A stretch of DNA of 36,198 nucleotides from Guillardia theta CCMP2712. Lineage: Eukaryota; Protista; Cryptophyta. The notes below the pieces were generated by a model, which saw only the letters and a program-made list of their open reading frames with translations, had not been told where the DNA came from and ran no database searches. This document shows, piece after piece, positions 1 to 10,047 of this stretch. The stretch lies in contig NW_005434633.1 in the NCBI RefSeq assembly GCF_000315625.1, forward strand, positions 520,260 through 556,457, written 5' to 3'. Each line of letters starts with the position of its first letter. The stretch's first letter is position 1. The translations under genes were made by a program, and so were the position numbers.

Positions 1-161
1 CCTCCTCCTTGCTCCCAACTCCTCCTCGTTCTCCTCCTTTCTCCTTCTCTTTCACCTCCCACTTCTTCTCTCCCCCTTCCTCCCCTGCTCCTGCTCCTGC
101 TCCTGCTCCTCTTCCTCTCCCTTCCTCTCCCCCCCCTGCCTCCTTCCTCCCTCCCACTCAC

Positions 162-1133
162 CTTAGTCTCGAAGGCTGTCACGCACTCCCCTGACCTCAG
201 GTCCCAGAACCTGATCGTCTTGTCTTGCGACACAGACACGCAAAGGTCGTTGAGGAGGAGGACGCCATGTACCAGGCCCGTGTGCCCCACCAGCGCCGCC
301 TCCTCCTTGAGTACCACCAGGTCCCACACCTTCATCGTTTGATCCGCGCTACCAGTCACGAGCTTCTGCCTGTCGAGAGGAAGAGCGGGTGAGGAGGAGG
401 AGGGAGAGGAGGAGGAGGAATGGGGGGAGGAGGGGGACGAGTGGAAGGAGGAGGAGGAGGAAGGAGGAAGGGGAGGAGGTGGTGGTGGTGGTGGGAGGAG
501 GGGAGGAGGAGGGGTGGTGGTGGTGTGGTAATGGTGGAGGAGGAGGAGCGGGAGACCTCCCAACGGCGAGACTTGTTACACCACCACGATGACCTCTTAG
601 CTCGTCGACACATTCAGGTTCATGTTGAGAGATGTCCCAAACTCTTATCTGATGACAAAGATGTCAATCTCAGATGTCATGATCACGCTCTCTCGACGAC
701 ATAATCACCTTCATCACCATTGATATCAACATCATTATCATTTTCATTGTGATCATCTTCTTCATCACAAACATCATCACAATCGTCATCTCCATGCCAT
801 CTGCTCTATCATTGTCTTGTATTGTTTCTTCCTCCTCGTCTCATTCTTCGCATATCATCGCAACTTCAAGACTTTTTGCTCTCACCGTCCGATCTATCGA
901 CGCGCTGAACAGCTTGCGATACTCGACACTCTGACCAAGTTGAGAGACCCTAGCAAAGAGATCAGAAAAAGAGCAGACAAGAAAAGAGAGACGAGAAGAG
1001 AGAAGAGAGGACGGGACAAGGAAGGAGTGAACAGGAGTGGTCAGGAATCAGTGGGAACAGGAGGATATAAATAAAAAAGGGGAGGACCACAACCAGGACG
1101 GGGGCGAGGACGAGGACAAGGGCGAGGGCGAGA

Positions 1134-1176
<43 letters not shown>

Positions 1177-1761
1177 AGAGGAAAAGGACGAGGACGGGGA
1201 CGAGGACGAGGAGGAGGAGGAGGAGGAGGAGGAGCAGTAGCATCCTCACCCTTCCTTGTGTCCCTCCAGCACCATCGAGCATCTCTGAGGGATCCATCGC
1301 ACTGCATCCTCCTGCACCTAAATCAGACAAGCGAGGAAAGGAGGAGGTGGAGGAGGAGGTGGAGGAGGAGGAGCAGCAGCAGCAGCAGCAGAAAGAGCAA
1401 GAGGAGGCAGTAAAGGAAGCGAGAGGAGGAGGGGAACAAGGGGGAACAACTACAGGAACAGACAGCAGAGGAGCAGGAGGAGCAGAAGGAGTACCTGGTG
1501 CGTGGTTTCTTCATGCACATCAACTATCCCATGTGACCTCTCCTCCCGCTTTTCAAAAGTTTCCTTGCCCATCATGTTCGTTCCGTTCTCCTGCTATCCG
1601 TCAGATGTAGCAGAACATGTTGAAGAGAAAGTTTCGCTACTCGTGATGGGTGGTGATGGCTGGAAATTTGTTCTTGTAGCTCGATACATCTTTGCCTGAA
1701 GGTTGCAGAACACAATATCATGGTTGTCGTCTTCTTGTTTTGATCTCCACCAGCAATCACA

Positions 1762-1836
<75 letters not shown>

Positions 1837-1895
1837 GTCGTCGTCGTCGTCATCATCATCATCATCGTCGTCATCATCATCGTCATCGTCATCAT

Positions 1896-1961
<66 letters not shown>

Positions 1962-3165
1962 CTCAAACATCACCTCAACATCACAATCTCTTCAGTCTGC
2001 CTGCACAACGGAATCAGCGAACAATCTTTCACCATCATCCGCCTCCTCCTCACATGCGAACTGTCGACTGCAGAGAAGAAATCTGCTGCTGCTGATGTCT
2101 CATCTCTTCCTTGACAACCTCGTACGGGCAAATAACCAAATGCTCCCGCACAAACTTCCTCGGCCCCTTGAACCGACAGCCTATGATGGCATGCACGCAG
2201 CAGATCTGAAGGTTCGGTCAGGGGCAGGAGGAGGAGGAGGAGGAGGAGGAGGAGCAGCAGCAGCAGCAGCAGCAGCAGGCCCACCACGGGCAGCAGCAGC
2301 AGCAGCAGGAGGGAGCAGGACGAACAGGAGCAGGAGCAGAAAGAAGCAGACAAACAGGAAGAGGAGGAGGAGGAGGAGGAGGAGGAGGAGGAGGAGGAGG
2401 AGGAGGAGGAACACTACCTGCGCTGAAGGATCGGGTGCAAGAGGGCAGTCCAGCATATGCACAGTTGCGTCTCCTGAGAAAGGGAGAAGAACGAGGGAGA
2501 GAGAGAGACAGAGAGAAAGAGAGAAGAGAAGAGGAGAGGAGAAGAGGAAATTTCAGGTTTGGTGCTCCCAAAGAGAAAGAGAATTCAACAAGAAATGCAA
2601 GGCAGGGAACCAGCAGAAACGATCGAGCAGCAGGTATGCTAGCGAAAGAAACGGGAACACGACAAGGATGACCATGAGGACCAGAGCTGGGGTTTACCAG
2701 GTTTGAAATTTGCTCCACAACTCCAGGGGCAGGAGACAAGCGCGCGCAATTCTTGGAAATGGAACCCAAAGTTGACGGTCTTTGATATTCTCAACTAAGA
2801 ATCGCAGTTAAATCCTCTTCTCCCTCCCTCCCTCCCTCCCTCCCTCCCTCCCTCCCTCCCTCCCTCCCTCCCTCCCTCCAAATTTCATCCCCGCATCTTA
2901 CCTGGATCATTCCAAACTCTTCTCCTTTCTGCTTGCTTGTCCTTTCCTCCCCATCCCCCTCCCCCTCCTGCTCTTCCTTCTCCTCCTCCTCCTCCTCCTC
3001 TGCCTTCTCAATGCGCATCCCATCCTGAACCTCCTCCTCCTCTGGCAAAGGGCGATGGAGTGCTATCCACGACTCAGACGACGCATCCTCTCGTACGGTA
3101 GCCAACGGAACCTACACATGATAAAAATCAGAACATACACACCAACCCCTCAGCATCCTCCTGCC

Positions 3166-3254
<89 letters not shown>

Positions 3255-6200
3255 GCTGCTGCTGCTGCTGCTGCTCGCTCCTGCTCGCTCCTGCTNNNNN
3301 NNNNNNNNNNNNNNNNNNNNNNNNNNNNNNNNNNNNNNNNNNNNNNNNNNNNNNNNNNNNNNNNNNNNNNNNNNNNNNNNNNNNNNNNNNNNNNNNNNNN
3401 NNNNNNNNNNNNNNNNNNNNNNNNNNNNNNNNNNNNNNNNNNNNNNNNNNNNNNNNNNNNNNNNNNNNNNNNNNNNNNNNNNNNNNNNNNNNNNNNNNNN
3501 NNNNNNNNNNNNNNNNNNNNNNNNNNNNNNNNNNNNNNNNNNNNNNNNNNNNNNNNNNNNNNNNNNNNNNNNNNNNNNNNNNNNNNNNNNNNNNNNNNNN
3601 NNNNNNNNNNNNNNNNNNNNNNNNNNNNNNNNNNNNNNNNNNNNNNNNNNNNNNNNNNNNNNNNNNNNNNNNNNNNNNNNNNNNNNNNNNNNNNNNNNNN
3701 NNNNNNNNNNNNNNNNNNNNNNNNNNNNNNNNNNNNNNNNNNNNNNNNNNNNNNNNNNNNNNNNNNNNNNNNNNNNNNNNNNNNNNNNNNNNNNNNNNNN
3801 NNNNNNNNNNNNNNNNNNNNNNNNNNNNNNNNNNNNNNNNNNNNNNNNNNNNNNNNNNNNNNNNNNNNNNNNNNNNNNNNNNNNNNNNNNNNNNNNNNNN
3901 NNNNNNNNNNNNNNNNNNNNNNNNNNNNNNNNNNNNNNNNNNNNNNNNNNNNNNNNNNNNNNNNNNNNNNNNNNNNNNNNNNNNNNNNNNNNNNNNNNNN
4001 NNNNNNNNNNNNNNNNNNNNNNNNNNNNNNNNNNNNNNNNNNNNNNNNNNNNNNNNNNNNNNNNNNNNNNNNNNNNNNNNNNNNNNTCTCCCTCACCTTG
4101 GAATGCTCCAAGTGTTCTTCTTCCTTTCTTGAGGCTTTCTTAGCGTATATGAGAACCAATCTCAACGATCCGGCTGCTCCTCCTCCTCCCCCGCCCCTCC
4201 CTCCCCCTCCCCCTCCTTCAATGTTGACGTTGTGCCATGCATCGACCTTCCAAGAGGAGCGAAGGAGGTGGGGGAGAGAAGTCAGATGAGAAGTCAGAAA
4301 AGGAAGAACAACGGTGAGTAGACAAGGAGGAGGTGGAGGAGGTGGAGGAGGTGGAGGAGGTGGAGAGGGTGGAGGAGGTGGAGGTGGAGGTGGAGGTGGT
4401 GGTTGAGGAGGAGGAGGTGGTGGAGGATGTTAATATGGGTGCAAGCAAGAGGTTGAGCAAACAAAATGGCAGATAGGGAACTGACGAAGAGGAGCAGAGG
4501 ACGAGCAGGAGAAGGAAGGGAAGGAAAAGCGTGAGAGGAAGGAGGGGAAAGAGGGGAACAACGAGGGGAAGCAGCTAGTAGAAGCAGCAGCAGCAGCAGC
4601 AGCAGCAACAGCTAGTGTAGCAGCAGCATGCAGTTCACCTCTTCGCCTTCCTTCAGAGACTCGATGTCTATTTCAACTTTACCGAAGCAAGAGCCATCAA
4701 GGCGAAGGGAGGAGAGGTCGTGAAGCTGGTACAAACATATGAGAAGAAAATGAATGATCAGACAGGGAAACAACAGGAGAAGACAAACAGGAGAAAACAA
4801 ACATGAGAAAACAAAAACGTTGAAACAACACTCCGGATCGCACGGATTCACTGTCAATACCACCACAACCAACTCATCGATCATGAGACAACTCAAAACA
4901 TGTGCTGCACGCAGAGCTCCGCACCACAACTCTCACATCACATCAAATATCCTCCCTCCTCCTCACCTCAATCGTGATATTCCTCACTCCGTAATCGATA
5001 TCAAGAGCAACCGGATGGTTCCATACAGGGTTTGACCCTCCTCTTCCCTCTATGACCATCTTGCTCCTCCCAGCCTTGACTGCCAGCGTCGTCTCCCTCC
5101 TCCCCGTCTCCTTCTCCACAGGAATGTCCCTCGCTGCGACCACTATCACCTCCAAACATCCGATCCCCTTGGCATCGTTCATTTTCATTTGGTGAACGTT
5201 CCTATGAGGATAATTGAGCTTCAGCCGAGGAGCACAGAGCATGTGCGTCAGTAGCCTGATGCTCGCCGCAACCTCCCCGTCCTCTCCTCGCAGCTCGTAC
5301 CATGCCGCATGCGGCTGATGGAACATGTCAGCGAGGACAAGAGAGGTCTGCGCGACGACGGCGTCTTGCTTGCGCTGGTCCAGAGAAGAGCTCTTCCTCT
5401 TCACTACCACCTGGACAACCTGAGCATCCGCCTCGAGGTCGATAAGGAAGGGAGAATTCCAGGTAGGGGAGCAGAGGTGCTGATCCACATACGTGTACGT
5501 CCTTGTCTCGTTGGTGAGGAGCTCAATGAAGAAGGAAGACGATTGCTGCTCCCAGTAGGAGGAGGAGACTATGCTCGCTGCAAGGACTACAATAGAGCAG
5601 GCGCCTCTGCCGGAGGAAGCCCTCTCCTCCTTGACCTTGAGAACATCCACACGGGGTACCTCAACCTTCATCGATGACCTCTGAAAGAGGTTCATAGCTA
5701 CCCGCAGCACAGCTTGCCTCCTGTCATTCCACCTCCTCCTTCCATCCCGCAAACGCAAGATACAGCACCGCTGCACCTCCTCTCCCGCAGGCAGCTCGTC
5801 GATTCGTATCATGCAAGTTCCCACAACCCTGTCGCCGTCCTGCCTCCTCTCCTTAACGTCTATCTCTATCATCCCGGGGAGCTGCTCGTATGCAAATGAG
5901 AACCTCTCGTTCCAGAATGGCGACGAGCTCTTCTTCATCACTCTAGAGGTGAAACTCTCTCCTCCTACTCTCACTTGAGCATAACAATCCATGTTGCCGC
6001 TGCTGCTGCTGTGGCTGCTGCTGCTGTTGTGCGTGTGGTTGTGGGAGTTGTTGCCGGCAAGGCTGATGTTTTTTGTGCTGTCTTGTACTGAGAAGAAGTT
6101 TTGTCCTCCAACAACAGACACTTCAATGAATCCTTTCCCCTGCTCTGCCAGCTTTTTCAACATCCTCTCGTCTGGGACAGACCTCGGCATTTTCGACTTG

Positions 6201-6604
6201 AACATATCATTCAGCTTCTGACCATCCACGTGCTGTACCGACAAGCAAATGCCGCAACCCACTTCACCCTCAGAGGATAATGAAGATGTCGAGCTAGTCA
6301 GTTCAAACCATCTCTCCGAAGTCAGCTCTGCACGGAGGTCGGAGAGGCTAATGTTGCATTCGCCTGCCTTGTCTCCGTTGCCGTCCTTGTCAACCTGGTG
6401 GAGAGAGACTGAGAGGGTCGGGCTGTCGTCGCCAACCATGTCAAAGAAGAATATCTCGTTCCATTCCGGGCCGGAGCTGGTCAGCCTGGTAGAACTTCGA
6501 TGACGCTGAGAGTCATAGTGAAACTCAGCGTACGTCAGAGGGTTCTTGCTGATTGACGAGGCGAGGTTGGCCTGGTGGAGCTGAACAATGAATGAGACTC
6601 TCAT
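162..6604 (-). CDS. Multi-exon protein: at least 4-5 C2 domains + TRAF-type zinc fingers + coiled coil + WD40 repeats (3' end runs off the window start; part lies in gap 3296-4086)
   Basis: Exon 6604-4967 encodes tandem C2 domains (PEWNEIFFF, SPFWNERFSF, SPTWNSPFLI, NPVWNHPVAL). GT-AG exons follow in consistent phase: 4725-4639 (LHDL..FGKVEIDIESL), 4246-4097 (VDAWHNV..GSLRLVL), 3111-2902, 2794-2698 + 2473-2418 + 2205-2054 (VSCPWSCGANFKPGDATVHMLDCP..ICCVHAIIGCRFKGPRKFVREHLVICPYEVVKEEMRHQQQQISSLQ), then WD40 exons (LEGHKEG..LFSASIDRT/IRVWDI..LRGHRGGVTSL) and 369-162 (LVTGSADQTMKVWDL..LVGHTG..VSVSQDKTIRFWDL). Confidence 0.8.
1763..1960. repeat. Compound intronic microsatellite (CAT)n/(CGT)n/(CAG)n
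   Basis: Visible; lies in an intron of the C2-TRAF-WD40 gene. Representative of many such tracts. Confidence 0.95.
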
Positions 6605-6920
6605 CGATCGCTGAGTCAAGCTGCGATGCTCTCTGCAACTCTCTCCAAAGATAGAGATGCGCCGTATCACTCCAGGGGGCGATGTGTACAATCCATTCGT
6701 GGAAAATCTTTCATGCGACCACGGCGATTGTCCATCCTCTCATCTCATCTCATCTTGTGACCTTGCCTCTTGCTTCCCGGATATCCTCTCCTCTCCTCTT
6801 CTGTTCCTGTCTCTCCTACCTCCTCCTCACCTCCCTCCTCCTCACCTCCCCCCTTGTCGCTCCTGCTCACTTCGCCTGCACACCCATTCCTCCGTCGCCC
6901 CGGGCAGTTGATCTTGACGA

Positions 6921-7043
6921 TGTTCTAGATTTGTTCTAGATTTGTTCTAGATTTGTTCTAGATTTGTTCTAGATTTGTTCTAGATTTGTTCTAGATTTGT
7001 TCTAGATTTGTTCTAGATTTGTTCTAGATTTGTTCTAGATTTG
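6921..7043. repeat. Perfect 11-bp minisatellite (TTTGTTCTAGA)n, about 11 copies
   Basis: Identical units with no spacers, read directly from the sequence. Confidence 0.95.
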
Positions 7044-7178
7044 CTACTCCAATTCTATTCTATTCCGTTACGATTCGTTGGTCGGAAGTGAAGAGCCGCC
7101 ATGGGCCGGCGATACGGGCTAATGGTTGAGACGCATGTGATGAAATGAACAGAGACAGAGAAAGAGAGAAGGAAAGAT

Positions 7179-7256
7179 GCAGCCAGGCAGCCAGGCAGCC
7201 AGGCAGCCAGGCAGGAAGCTAGGCAGGCACAGGCAGCCAGGCAGCCAGGCAGGCAG

Positions 7257-7305
<49 letters not shown>

Positions 7306-7320
7306 GAAAAAGGGACAGGG
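7179..7320. repeat. (AGCCAGGC)n followed by (GGGACA)n short tandem repeats
   Basis: Visible tandem units. Confidence 0.9.
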
Positions 7321-7816
7321 GGAGAGGCAGCGACAAAGAGATGGAATGAGACAGCACAAGAGATAGGACTATAGAAATCAGAGGTGCACTGACAGCGGCA
7401 GGGACAGAGAGAGGGACAGAATGGAACTGAACTGAACAGGATAGTCGATCATGCTCAAGACGCAAAGGAATAAGAAGGAATCTGTGGTGTTTGGGAAAGG
7501 AAGATTCCGGGAGATTATGACAGGGTATGGGGGGATCAGAAACTCTTGTTATTTCATGGCTAGGGGCAACACAGGAACGAATGATTGAATAATCCTTATG
7601 GTGATGGGGAAAATGCTCGTCGAGTGAATTTTTAACCATGACATAGTGTTGGAGTTTATGAAAGCATTGGTTTTGAAATGAGATAGTAACGGAGAGAAAG
7701 AATGTGAGGCTGGGTTGCAGCTGTTGCCTTGAAACACAGGTGGGGGAGGCGGGTTTGAGGGGGAAGAGGGGAGATGTCAAGTTACCGAGATCAAGCTGCA
7801 CAAACTTATCTGCGTC

Positions 7817-8065
7817 ATGTTCGAGGGGTGTTGGCTGAAACATTTTGGTTCGCAGATGATTCTGTCGTCTTTGAATCAGTGCAACGCTCGCCTCCTGAGC
7901 GTGGGCGGCACTTGCGCCACTGACGCCAACTCCATCTATGCCAACATCCTCGACCCGAAATTCAGCAAGACCGAGCTCATCAACCATGGCGACTACAAGA
8001 CTCATTCGCAGCTTGTGTGGGAGAAAGAGCAGGCGCAGGCGGCTGTACACCATCACTTCTCGTAA
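7817..8065 (+). CDS. Small hypothetical protein (69-82 aa)
   Basis: Not low-complexity, with strongly C/G-ending codons from about 7880 (GAC GCC AAC TCC ATC, TTC AGC AAG ACC GAG CTC ATC AAC). A possible acceptor TTCGCAG precedes the second ATG at 7856. No family recognised. Confidence 0.55.
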   Translation: MFEGCWLKHFGSQMILSSLNQCNARLLSVGGTCATDANSIYANILDPKFSKTELINHGDYKTHSQLVWEKEQAQAAVHHHFS

Positions 8066-8149
8066 TCATTGTGCTGTTTGATGTTAGACAAGACGGCGAG
8101 CCTTCATGAATTGACCGACAGTGTAACCGCTCTGTATCCACTCTCATTC

Positions 8150-8420
8150 CCGGGGCCCTGAGTCGACTCGGAGCCTCCGCCAGCCGTCCGATCAGCGAGT
8201 TCAAGAAGACGATACTACTGATACCGGGCGGATCCGATCAGAGTACGGTCGATGGCTGGCACCCGGTGACTGACGGTGACTGAAGCCGCACCGTAAGCGG
8301 CAGCACTGCGGCAGGCACCATGACCGGCGCCCCAGCTGAGCGGCCGGCTAGGCGGTGGCCGGGCCCGCCCCTGCGGGCCGCGGGGGCCGAATTCGCCTTA
8401 TACTACTGAGGTAATTTGTA
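8150..8420. repeat. GC-rich intergenic element (motifs CCGGGCCCG, GCTGAGC, GTGACT, TACTACTGA)
   Basis: Non-coding CpG-rich block sharing short motifs with 27340-27500 and 19860-19900. Confidence 0.45.
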
Positions 8421-8489
8421 ACGGTTGTAACGGAAATGAGCGGATGCGCCTCCGAGCTTTTTACTCGAGCAGTGTTGCAACGCGCACGT

Positions 8490-9120
8490 GATGCTGACCC
8501 CTACCCCCTCTGTAGAACCATGCAGGAATTTCTACCCCCTCTAATTCCTATCGTGAAAAAAAGTACAGCACCGGTGTCTTGATTTTGAAGTGAAGTTATG
8601 ACTTGATGAGGGGTATTTGAATAACCCCACCCCCCTCTATGAATACTGAATCTCCACTACCCGCCAATGTCAGCATCGTGCGAGAGAAATGGTGAAAACT
8701 TTGCGATCCTATTTGAGCCCCACCCCCTTGTTTGACAAGTCCCATAGTACCCCACCCCATCATAAATGAACCCAAAGGAATATTACCCCTCCATTGTAGT
8801 ACAAAAATTCAGACGAAGACTACACATTGATGACCCACCCCTATTGATTCAAAGCTACATTTGAATACCCTACCCCCTCTAGATTTGACTGCACACGCCT
8901 CTAAAGCTCAACTGATGGGATGAATCCCTCGGGTGGTAGGTGGGATGTGAGCGAAATATGGGTGGGTAGGGTGATAAATCCAGGGTAGGGATCCAAGATA
9001 CTAGATTCTATATGAGAAAAGAGTGATATTTTCTGGTCATATACAGGGGTATCATTCAAAATAAGGGGGTACTTGAATTCCATGAGGGGTTCGATAGAAA
9101 GGGAAGGGTGGGGTGGAACG
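8490..9120. promoter_or_regulatory. Array of degenerate TACCCC/GGGGTA motifs that switches strand near 8910; TATA-like TATAAA at 9130
   Basis: C-run motifs on the + strand 8490-8900, G-run motifs 8925-9120, directly upstream of the PrxQ ATG (9173). Regulatory role is inferred. Confidence 0.4.
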
Positions 9121-9172
9121 GCCTCTGATTATAAAGCTCGTTGCTCGCTGCCATCGGCCTCCGATCGTTGCC

Positions 9173-9898
9173 ATGCACGCTCGTTGTCTGTTCGTTCTCC
9201 CGCTCATCGCCTCCTCCTCCGCCTTTCTCGTCTCTCCATCCCTCCCCTCCGTCTCTCCCTCCTCCCGACTCGCATCTCTCCCGAGATCCCGAGTCACTGC
9301 TAGCCTCCTCTCTGATGAGATCAGCGGCCTTTCTAGAAGGGATTTTTTCAAGGACACTAGCGCTATGGCGGGGGTGAGTGCTATCACCATTGGCACACTC
9401 GGGTTTGAGGTTCCTTCCTCCTTTGCTGAAGGCCTCCCCAGCGTGAATGCACCGGCGCCTGACTTCCTCCTTCCTTCGAACGAGGGCAAGGACATCGGTC
9501 TGAAGGATCTCAAGGGCAAGTGGACTGTGCTGTACTTCTACCCCGGAGACTTCACCTCTGGCTGTACTATCGAAGCCAACAACTTCGAGAAGGCTTCTGC
9601 TGACATCCGCGCTCTCGGCGCCGAGATCGTTGGCGTCAGCGTCGACTCTGTTGAGAAGCATCTTGACTTCGCCAAGAAGTATGGACTGTCCTTCCCGCTC
9701 CTCTCCGATCAGGGAGGCAAGGTGTCACAGCTCTACGGGTCCGCGCTCCAGATCCCTTTCATGGGGTCGTTCTCCAACAGGCAAACTTACATCATCGATC
9801 CCTCCGGCAACCTCCGCTGGGTCTTCACGGATGTTCAGAGCCGCCTGAACAAGCACGCCGATGAAGTGATCGCGAAGCTGAAGGAGCTCAAAGCCTAG
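9173..9898 (+). CDS. PRXQ: Peroxiredoxin Q / BCP family, plastid (thylakoid lumen) precursor, intronless
   Basis: PAPDFLL..LKDLKGKWTVLYFYPGDFTSGCTIEA..IVGVSVDSVEKHLDFAKKYGLSFPLLSD..RQTYIIDPSG are BCP/PrxQ motifs. N-terminus: signal peptide ending SSA-F, Ser/Pro-rich transit peptide, then SRRDFF twin-arginine and a hydrophobic stretch ending SFA. Confidence 0.93.
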   Translation: MHARCLFVLPLIASSSAFLVSPSLPSVSPSSRLASLPRSRVTASLLSDEISGLSRRDFFKDTSAMAGVSAITIGTLGFEVPSSFAEGLPSVNAPAPDFLLPSNEGKDIGLKDLKGKWTVLYFYPGDFTSGCTIEANNFEKASADIRALGAEIVGVSVDSVEKHLDFAKKYGLSFPLLSDQGGKVSQLYGSALQIPFMGSFSNRQTYIIDPSGNLRWVFTDVQSRLNKHADEVIAKLKELKA

Positions 9899-9900
9899 AC

Positions 9901-10045
9901 TGTTGTCACATGTTCTCTTGTACATAAACGATAATTATTGTTTCACAACATGCTTGCTCCTCTGTACACTGAATTATAGTTTCATAACATGCTTGCTTCT
10001 CTGTACACTATATCATTGTTACATTACACGTTTGCCTCAACTGAG
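9901..10045. repeat. Degenerate 39-bp tandem repeat between convergent stop codons
   Basis: 9933-9971 and 9972-10010 are near-identical units, with partial copies on each side. Confidence 0.8.
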
Positions 10046-10047
10046 CA

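Noticed and set aside
1572-2114. Poly-His/Gln/Ser/Met ORFs (also 25110-25607, 15523-16299, 32095-32515)
   Set aside because: Translations of intronic microsatellites bounded by GT-AG sites of real genes.
3055-4165. Long ORFs spanning N runs (also 30255-30834, 33185-34311)
   Set aside because: Their length is an artefact of assembly gaps; only flanking exon pieces are informative.
6921-7043. CRISPR-like or telomeric array
   Set aside because: No spacers, an 11-bp unit, eukaryotic context, and not a G-rich telomere unit.
7258-7320. (GGGACA)n as interstitial telomere
   Set aside because: Short, and similar hexamer runs (GGGGAC, GGGGCA, GAGGAC) are common in introns across the window.
7055-8056. 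333-aa minus-strand ORF
   Set aside because: It is the antisense shadow of ORF 7817-8065 plus simple repeats, with no domain signal.
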